A stretch of DNA of 13,265 nt, from positions 1 through 13,265 of the forward strand of contig CAZDJT010000009.1 of assembly GCA_964505875.1 (NCBI GenBank), written 5' to 3'. Positions 7,456 to 12,209 of the stretch are shown piece by piece; the first letter of the stretch is position 1; each line of letters starts with the position of its first letter. This DNA is from Candidatus Woesearchaeota archaeon. GTDB lineage: Archaea; Nanobdellota; Nanobdellia; Pacearchaeales; GW2011-AR1. Position numbers and translations under genes: made by a program. The notes under the pieces are model-generated. The model saw nothing but the letters and a program-made list of their open reading frames with translations, had not been told where the DNA came from and did not search any database.

Positions 7456-7700
7456 TGTATGAGATTAAGTTTTCAAGTTCATCAGCTAAGTTCTTTAGGA
7501 AATTACAGACCAATCTTCAAGATAGAATAAGAGCTAAATTTAAAGAGATATCTCTTGATCCTTTCAGATTTATAGAACACTATGAAGGAGATTATTACAA
7601 GATAAGAATAGGTGAATTTCGTGCACTAGTAGACATCGATAAAGCAAACAAACTGATTTTAGTAAGAGTTTTTGATAAAAGAGGCAGAATATACAAATAA
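7455..7700 (+). CDS. relE: RelE/ParE-superfamily toxin (archaeal RelE-like mRNA interferase)
   Basis: 81 aa. YYKIRIGEFRALVDIDKANKLILVRVFDKRGRIYK matches the aRelE pattern (YYRIRVGNYR...IIFRRVLHRKSIY in the M. jannaschii protein, recalled from memory). Confidence 0.8.
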   Translation: MYEIKFSSSSAKFFRKLQTNLQDRIRAKFKEISLDPFRFIEHYEGDYYKIRIGEFRALVDIDKANKLILVRVFDKRGRIYK

Positions 7701-7707
7701 ATAGCAA

Positions 7708-7860
7708 TTACCATGGAACAAATCTATTTGTCCTATGTATGTATCTGCTAACACATGAAACACCGCAGAAAAGCTTATACTGCGAGATTATCCAGTTTAT
7801 ATCTTCTGATTCAAGAACTTGCGTTGAACCGCACTCAAAGCATTTATCATTTACAGCCAT
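7708..7860 (-). CDS. putative 50-aa TRASH-type (C-x2-C-x21-C-x3-C) metal-binding miniprotein, not in the supplied ORF track
   Basis: The reverse-strand ORF is MAVNDKCFECGSTQVLESEDINWIISQYKLFCGVSCVSRYIHRTNRFVPW. The cysteine spacing fits the TRASH/eL24-like signature C-x2-C-x19-22-C-x3-C, with the typical FC..xC context. No TATA is seen at the standard spacing, so expression is uncertain. Confidence 0.4.
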   Translation of the reverse strand: MAVNDKCFECGSTQVLESEDINWIISQYKLFCGVSCVSRYIHRTNRFVPW

Positions 7861-8176
7861 TTTATTATTAAAATATTATTAATTCACAGAGTATTTATAT
7901 TTAATTATTCAACTTCTCTCAAATCTTTTCTTATTATGTTCAATAGATTTTTAAAGATAAAAGATATGTTAGAGGTTATAATTTTCTAAGTTTAAGATGG
8001 ATAATTATAATTATTCTATTTATTATAGCTTATATTTATTCTATGAAACAAAATTTATTTGGTGTTGTTTATTTATCTTTTATTAATACAGCTATTTCTA
8101 CTACTTCCTATTGGATATTTGTAATAATATTGAGTTTTATAATATATAAAATTTGTCCAAGATAATTGATTATTAC

Positions 8177-8341
8177 TTATTGCAATTTACTCTCGATTAT
8201 CTGTTTGACAGAAGCATAAGGCTGAGCTCCGGAAATCTTCTGACTGTTGATAAAGAATGTCGGTGTTCCAGTGTCTCCAGCAGAATTCCAATCTTTTTCA
8301 TCTGTTTCTCTACTATTAAAATCTTCTCCCTGTTTTGCTTT
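8177..8341 (-). pseudogene. C-terminal remnant of a DsbA/thioredoxin-fold thiol:disulfide oxidoreductase
   Basis: The reverse frame reads KAKQGEDFNSRETDEKDWNSAGDTGTPTFFINSQKISGAQPYASVKQIIESKLQ*, the conserved C-terminal G-x-GTPTFFING...G signature with the cis-Pro. An in-frame TAG lies immediately upstream (8342-8344). The frame has no Met or alternative start and no CxxC part. The 5' side is occupied by an opposite-strand gene. Confidence 0.6.
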
Positions 8342-8408
8342 CTATCTCTCGCAGAACAAGAATATTTAAATACTAAATGTGTGAGAAGAAAGAATAAAAA
8401 GAGATACG

Positions 8409-8603
8409 ATGGCTAAAAAATGTATTTACTGTAAATCTGAAATTGCTGATGAATCAGTTATAGACTTCTGCAAGAGCTGCGGAGTAGGTGTTTGGGGTGA
8501 AAAAATGTTCCAAGCCATAGTTCAAAGTATGGAAGGCGCGAGGGAAGCTGGCGATTTATTCCAAGGCTCCGTTTCTGACCCTCAATTAGCTAAAAGGAGA
8601 TAA
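8409..8603 (+). CDS. small Zn-ribbon protein
   Basis: 64 aa with CIYCK-x12-CKSCG. No function can be assigned from the sequence. Confidence 0.6.
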   Translation: MAKKCIYCKSEIADESVIDFCKSCGVGVWGEKMFQAIVQSMEGAREAGDLFQGSVSDPQLAKRR

Positions 8604-8617
8604 TACTCTGAGAAAGC

Positions 8618-8625
8618 TTTTTAAA
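8618..8625 (+). promoter_or_regulatory. TATA box of the eL21-rpoF-DUF655-S13-S4-S11 operon
   Basis: tttttaaa lies exactly 21 nt upstream of the ATG at 8647. The start context is aattacaATG. Confidence 0.5.
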
Positions 8626-8646
8626 CTAACTTCTTTAGTAATTACA

Positions 8647-8898
8647 ATGCCAAGACACAAGACACCAAGACAGAAGGGAAAATTCTCTTTTACAAGCTTT
8701 TTCCAGGCATTTAAGCCGGGAGATACAGTCGCTATAGTAAGAGAACTAAGCAATATATTTGGATATTCTCATAGAATGCAGGGAAGAACAGGAAAAGTCC
8801 TTGAAAAAAGAGGAGCAGCTTATCATGTTGAGATAAAAGATCTTAACAAACCTAAAAGATATTTAATTAAGCCAATACATTTGAGGAAAATACAATGA
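8647..8898 (+). CDS. rpl21e: 50S ribosomal protein L21e (eL21)
   Basis: 83 aa. KPGDTVAI...RMQGRTGKV...RGAAYHVEI...K...IKPIHLRK is the typical eL21 pattern. Confidence 0.9.
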   Translation: MPRHKTPRQKGKFSFTSFFQAFKPGDTVAIVRELSNIFGYSHRMQGRTGKVLEKRGAAYHVEIKDLNKPKRYLIKPIHLRKIQ

Positions 8899-9194
8899 TT
8901 TTAAGCAGAAAGCCATTATCTCTGGCAGAAGTGAAGGAATATACAAAAAACTTAGATGAATCTAAGCCAATTCATAAATATCTTAAAACTTTCGGCAAAT
9001 TAAACAAAGCAGACGCACTAAAACTTGCTCAAGAGATAAGAGATTTAAACAATGTGAAAATAAAAGAAGAGGACATTGTGAAAATAGTTGATTTGCTTCC
9101 TCAGGATTCTTCAGATGTCAACAAGATATTATTAAGCGTAAGTCTGACAGAAGAAGAAGCGAATACTATTCTGGAGATTGTTAAAAAATACTGA
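8895..9194 (+). CDS. rpoF: DNA-directed RNA polymerase subunit F (Rpo4)
   Basis: 99 aa. ATGA overlap with rpl21e. The position eL21-RpoF-DUF655 is a conserved archaeal cluster. Helical HRDC-like sequence with LSLAEVKEY...IVDLLP. Confidence 0.75.
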   Translation: MILSRKPLSLAEVKEYTKNLDESKPIHKYLKTFGKLNKADALKLAQEIRDLNNVKIKEEDIVKIVDLLPQDSSDVNKILLSVSLTEEEANTILEIVKKY

Positions 9195-9196
9195 AC

Positions 9197-9739
9197 ATGA
9201 TGAAAGAAAAAGAAGACTACGCAATCATATTAGATTATCTTCCTTATGGTTATCCAGGAACTGGAAAGACTTCTCCAGTAGCTCAGGCAATTGGTGAGAA
9301 GACTCTTATAATTCTGGAACTTGTTCCAAGAAGAGGCGTTCAATTAGCGCAGAAAGAAAAGGTTTATATAGGTCCAGACAAGAGAGATAAAGTATACTTC
9401 ATAGCCGGCAGACTGCCGAGGGAGAAGTTTACAGAGACTGCAAAGATCCAACTTCAGGAGTTCATCTCCAGTGTCGTTGCGGAGCAGGAGAAGAAATTCG
9501 TAGATTTCTTTAACACCGCTACCGCGATAAACACGAGATTGCATAAGATTGAACTTCTGCCAGGATTTGGAAAAAAGCATACTCAGGAAATATTGGAAAC
9601 AAGGAAAGAAAAGCCTTTCGCGTCTTTTGAGGACATAAAAGAAAGGCTGAAGAATATTCCTGATCCAAAGAAAGCGATTGAGAAAAGACTGATAGAAGAA
9701 CTCTGTGAAAGGCAGAGATTTAACCTTTTCATAATTTAA
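9197..9739 (+). CDS. DUF655-family protein (OB-fold plus helix-hairpin-helix, putative nucleic-acid binding)
   Basis: EDYAIILDYLPYG..., VYIGPDKRDKV, FVDFFN and IELLPGFGKKHTQEILETRKEKPFASFEDIKERL match the DUF655 pattern. Conserved position after rpoF. Confidence 0.85.
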   Translation: MMKEKEDYAIILDYLPYGYPGTGKTSPVAQAIGEKTLIILELVPRRGVQLAQKEKVYIGPDKRDKVYFIAGRLPREKFTETAKIQLQEFISSVVAEQEKKFVDFFNTATAINTRLHKIELLPGFGKKHTQEILETRKEKPFASFEDIKERLKNIPDPKKAIEKRLIEELCERQRFNLFII

Positions 9740-9740
9740 C

Positions 9741-10277
9741 ATGGCAGAAAAAGAACAAAAAGAAAACAAAAAGCAGAAGCAGGAGAAAGAAAAAGCTGAG
9801 AAGCAGGAAAAAAAGAAACTTGTAGAAGAGGAGACAAACGAAGTTCTAGTAAGAATTTTAGGATATGACATTCCAGGCTCAAGAAATATTCACGCCGGAC
9901 TTATAAGAATAAAAGGAATCTCATGGGCAATCTCTAATGTTGTCTGTTTGCGTCTTGGACTGCCAAAATTAAAGAAGATATCTGAACTTACTAAGCCGGA
10001 AATATTAAAAATAGAGACTTTCCTTAAAGATCTTAAGGTTCCGGATTTCATGAAAAATGCACGCTCAGACCCTGAAACTGGTCTGTCAAAACATCTTTTC
10101 GGCGCTGATTTGGAGATGAAGCGTGAATTTGATATAAAGAAACTGAAAGAAATGAAGAGCTACAAAGGAATAAGACACTCTCAAAAGCTTCCTGTAAGAG
10201 GACAGAGAACGCGTTCTCACTTCCGTCAAAAAGGAAAAGCAACAGGAATAAAGAAGAAAGATGATAAGAAAAAGTAA
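9741..10277 (+). CDS. rps13: 30S ribosomal protein S13 (uS13) with ~35-aa K/E-rich N-terminal extension
   Basis: Core LVRILGYDIPGSRNIHAGLIRIKGISWAISN...YKGIRHSQKLPVRGQRTRSH. There is no internal ATG, GTG or TTG before the core, so the extension appears to be translated. Confidence 0.9.
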   Translation: MAEKEQKENKKQKQEKEKAEKQEKKKLVEEETNEVLVRILGYDIPGSRNIHAGLIRIKGISWAISNVVCLRLGLPKLKKISELTKPEILKIETFLKDLKVPDFMKNARSDPETGLSKHLFGADLEMKREFDIKKLKEMKSYKGIRHSQKLPVRGQRTRSHFRQKGKATGIKKKDDKKK

Positions 10278-10743
10278 AAGCTACGTAAGGCCTAAGAAGG
10301 CGTATGAAAAATCCAGAATACTGGAAGAGAACAATCTTATTGAGAAATATGGTCTTAAGAATAAGAGAGAAATCTGGAAAACTCAGGCAAAGATAAGTTA
10401 TTTCAGAAGAAGAGCAAAGAGCTTGGCGAACGCAAGCACTGAAGAGCAATCTATTTTATTCAACAAGCTCTCTGAAAAAGGGATTGCTGTCAGTTCAATT
10501 TCAGACGTTCTCGCTTTGAATATTGAAAATCTTCTAAACAGAAGACTTCCAACCATAGTTTTTAAGAAAAAGATGGCAAATACTCCAAGACAAGCAAGGC
10601 AAATGGTAACTCATAAAAGAATATTGATAAATGATAAGTTTGTAAATTCTCCTAGTTATATTGTTTCAGTTGCAGAAGAAGACAAGATTTCTATAAAGCA
10701 ATCTGCAAAGAAAGAAATTAAGGAGGTAGTAGCAAATGCCTGA
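10261..10743 (+). CDS. rps4: 30S ribosomal protein S4 (uS4/S9e type)
   Basis: KKAYEKSRILEENNLIEKYGLKNKREIWK..., and an S4 RNA-binding domain (RLPTIVFKKKMANTPRQARQMVTHKRILINDKFVNSPSYIV). Overlaps rps13 by 17 nt. Confidence 0.9.
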   Translation: MIRKSKSYVRPKKAYEKSRILEENNLIEKYGLKNKREIWKTQAKISYFRRRAKSLANASTEEQSILFNKLSEKGIAVSSISDVLALNIENLLNRRLPTIVFKKKMANTPRQARQMVTHKRILINDKFVNSPSYIVSVAEEDKISIKQSAKKEIKEVVANA

Positions 10744-11191
10744 AGAGACTCCTGTTAAAGTGGAAGAGAAAGTAGAAGTAGAGAAAGTTGAAGAAGAAAA
10801 GTTAGAAGAGAAGAAGGATGACCGCTCAGCTATAGTTTATATATTCAGCTCGCAGAATAATACAATAATTCACATAACTGACCTTGCTGGTAACACGATA
10901 TCCAGAGTAAGTGGCGGAATGATAACAAAGCACAGCAGATTGAAAGCAGACCCTACTATTGCTATGTTCATTGCAAAGAAAGTTTCTGAAAGAGCAAGAG
11001 ATTTAGGAATAACTAGCCTTTACATAAGAACAAGAGCAAAAACAGGAAGTCAAGGTCTTGGCCCTGGAGTTCACGCAGCTGTGAAGACACTAGGCAAAGA
11101 AGGTTTCAAAGTAATCTCCGTTCTTGACACAACTCGCGTTCCAAGAGGCGGTCCTAAGAAGAAAGGAGGTAAGAGAGGAAGAAGGGTTTAA
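10736..11191 (+). CDS. rps11: 30S ribosomal protein S11 (uS11) with ~30-aa E/K/V-rich N-terminal extension
   Basis: Core IVYIFSSQNNTIIHITDLAGNTISRVSGGM...TPIPHNGCRPPKKRR-like end (VPRGGPKKKGGKRGRRV). A strong SD, AGGAGGT (10721-10727), lies 8-9 nt upstream of the ATG. Confidence 0.9.
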   Translation: MPEETPVKVEEKVEVEKVEEEKLEEKKDDRSAIVYIFSSQNNTIIHITDLAGNTISRVSGGMITKHSRLKADPTIAMFIAKKVSERARDLGITSLYIRTRAKTGSQGLGPGVHAAVKTLGKEGFKVISVLDTTRVPRGGPKKKGGKRGRRV

Positions 11192-11215
11192 AACCCTATT
11201 TTTCATAATTACAAT

Positions 11216-11911
11216 ATGGAAGTTGTTATAAAATCTCCTGAAAAACTTGTTATTAAACTTGACGCAAATGAGACTCTTGCTAATGCAATAAGAAGAAGCG
11301 TTTCAGAGATTTCCACTCTTGCTGTTGATGAAGTTGAGATATTCAAGAACGATTCTGCACTATATGATGAAATTCTTGCTCACAGACTTGGTCTTGTCCC
11401 TTTAAAGACTGAGAAATCTATGTCTTCAAAGACAAAGATAGACTTCAAACTTTCTAAGACTGGCCCCGGAACAGTTTATTCAGGAGACTTGAGTGGCTCA
11501 GCTGATGTTGTTTACAGCAAAATTCCTTTAACGATAATTGGAGAAGGCAATAAAGTTGAGCTTGTAGCGACGGCAGTTTTAGGAAAAGGAATAAATCACT
11601 CAAAGCATATTCCCGGACTTGCTTTCTATAGGCATCTTTTAGAAATAAAATCCTCTCCTGAAATAGATAAAATAATTCAATCTTCTTCTGGCCTTATCAA
11701 AGCAGAGAAGAAAGGAAGCAAGTGGCTTTGCGATCTAAACGATGCAGAAATAGAGTCAATAGCAAAACTTGACAAGGAAGCTATTAAAGACTCAGACTGT
11801 CTGCTCTTCGTAATAGAATCTTTCGGCATGATGGATGCAAAAGATATCTTCTTAAAAGCCATAGATGCCTTGGAAGATAACTTGGATGATTTTGAAAAGG
11901 CTCTGAAGTAA
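11216..11911 (+). CDS. rpoD: DNA-directed RNA polymerase subunit D (Rpo3)
   Basis: LANAIRRSVSEISTLAVDEVEIFKNDSALYDEILAHRLGLVPLK is the classic RpoD/RPB3 N-terminus. Only two Cys lie in the insert domain, so there is probably no 4Fe-4S cluster. TATA-like tttaaaac (11187-11194) overlaps the rps11 stop and lies 21 nt upstream of the ATG. Confidence 0.9.
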   Translation: MEVVIKSPEKLVIKLDANETLANAIRRSVSEISTLAVDEVEIFKNDSALYDEILAHRLGLVPLKTEKSMSSKTKIDFKLSKTGPGTVYSGDLSGSADVVYSKIPLTIIGEGNKVELVATAVLGKGINHSKHIPGLAFYRHLLEIKSSPEIDKIIQSSSGLIKAEKKGSKWLCDLNDAEIESIAKLDKEAIKDSDCLLFVIESFGMMDAKDIFLKAIDALEDNLDDFEKALK

Positions 11912-12058
11912 TTATCTAATTTTATTACTTAAATTAAAAGACGATAATTGATAACTAAAGTGTTGTAATCACTATTTTATATTGACTATTTCCAAGGTTA
12001 TTTTATAGATAATATTAATTCTGCTGAATAAATATCTTAATTCGCATTCACAGAAAAC

Positions 12059-12066
12059 TTTATATA
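12059..12066 (+). promoter_or_regulatory. TATA box in front of the aromatic-rich micro-ORF
   Basis: tttatata lies exactly 21 nt upstream of the ATG at 12088 and is preceded by the purine-rich BRE-like agaaaac. Confidence 0.4.
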
Positions 12067-12087
12067 TCTCTATTTTGTGGGAAAACT

Positions 12088-12159
12088 ATGAAAGTAAATA
12101 ATTCAGGCAGTCAGTTTTTCTCATCATTTTTTAGATACTTTTACTTTACCTGCTGGTAA
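12088..12159 (+). CDS. 23-codon Phe/Tyr/Trp-rich micro-ORF (candidate leader peptide), not in the supplied ORF track
   Basis: The ORF is MKVNNSGSQFFSSFFRYFYFTCW*, with 9 aromatic residues in the last 14. It shows leaderless promoter geometry and ends 50 nt before the DAHP synthase ATG. It could be a chance ORF in AT-rich DNA. Confidence 0.3.
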   Translation: MKVNNSGSQFFSSFFRYFYFTCW

Positions 12160-12179
12160 AGTGGAGTGTTTTCTTATCC

Positions 12180-12187
12180 TATAAAAA
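12180..12187 (+). promoter_or_regulatory. TATA box of the DAHP synthase gene
   Basis: tataaaaa lies 22 nt upstream of the ATG at 12210. The start context aattacaATG is shared with rpl21e and rpoD. Confidence 0.45.
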
Positions 12188-12209
12188 ATAAAACACTATC
12201 ACAATTACA

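Noticed and set aside
8043-8165. 40-codon hydrophobic ORF (MKQNLFGVVYLSFINTAISTTSYWIFVIILSFIIYKICPR) in the AT-rich gap
   Set aside because: It could be a one-TM micropeptide. However, it has no TATA at the standard spacing and no SD, and AT-rich DNA yields Ile/Phe/Tyr-rich ORFs by chance.
7861-8176. Very AT-rich ~300-nt tract as a possible replication origin
   Set aside because: I found no repeated ORB or mini-ORB elements and no adjacent orc1/cdc6 gene. A single ttccagtg-like string lies at about 8266-8273, inside the DsbA remnant. AT-richness alone is insufficient.
8153-8416. 87-aa plus-strand ORF from the track
   Set aside because: It is antisense to the DsbA-like C-terminal remnant, whose translation shows a clear conserved signature. 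The plus-strand translation is featureless and runs into the start of the next gene.
9344-10449. Minus-strand ORFs 9344-9871 (175 aa) and 10048-10449 (133 aa)
   Set aside because: They are antisense to DUF655, rps13 and rps4. They are kept open by the purine-rich K/E-coding tracts, which give Phe/Ser/Leu-rich nonsense on the opposite strand.
12166-12196. gtgtttt-N17-aaaacac hairpin between the micro-ORF and aroG as an attenuator or terminator
   Set aside because: It has only 7 mostly weak base pairs and a 17-nt loop that contains the aroG TATA box. No competing antiterminator pairing was found, and archaeal termination does not require hairpins. It is not used as evidence.
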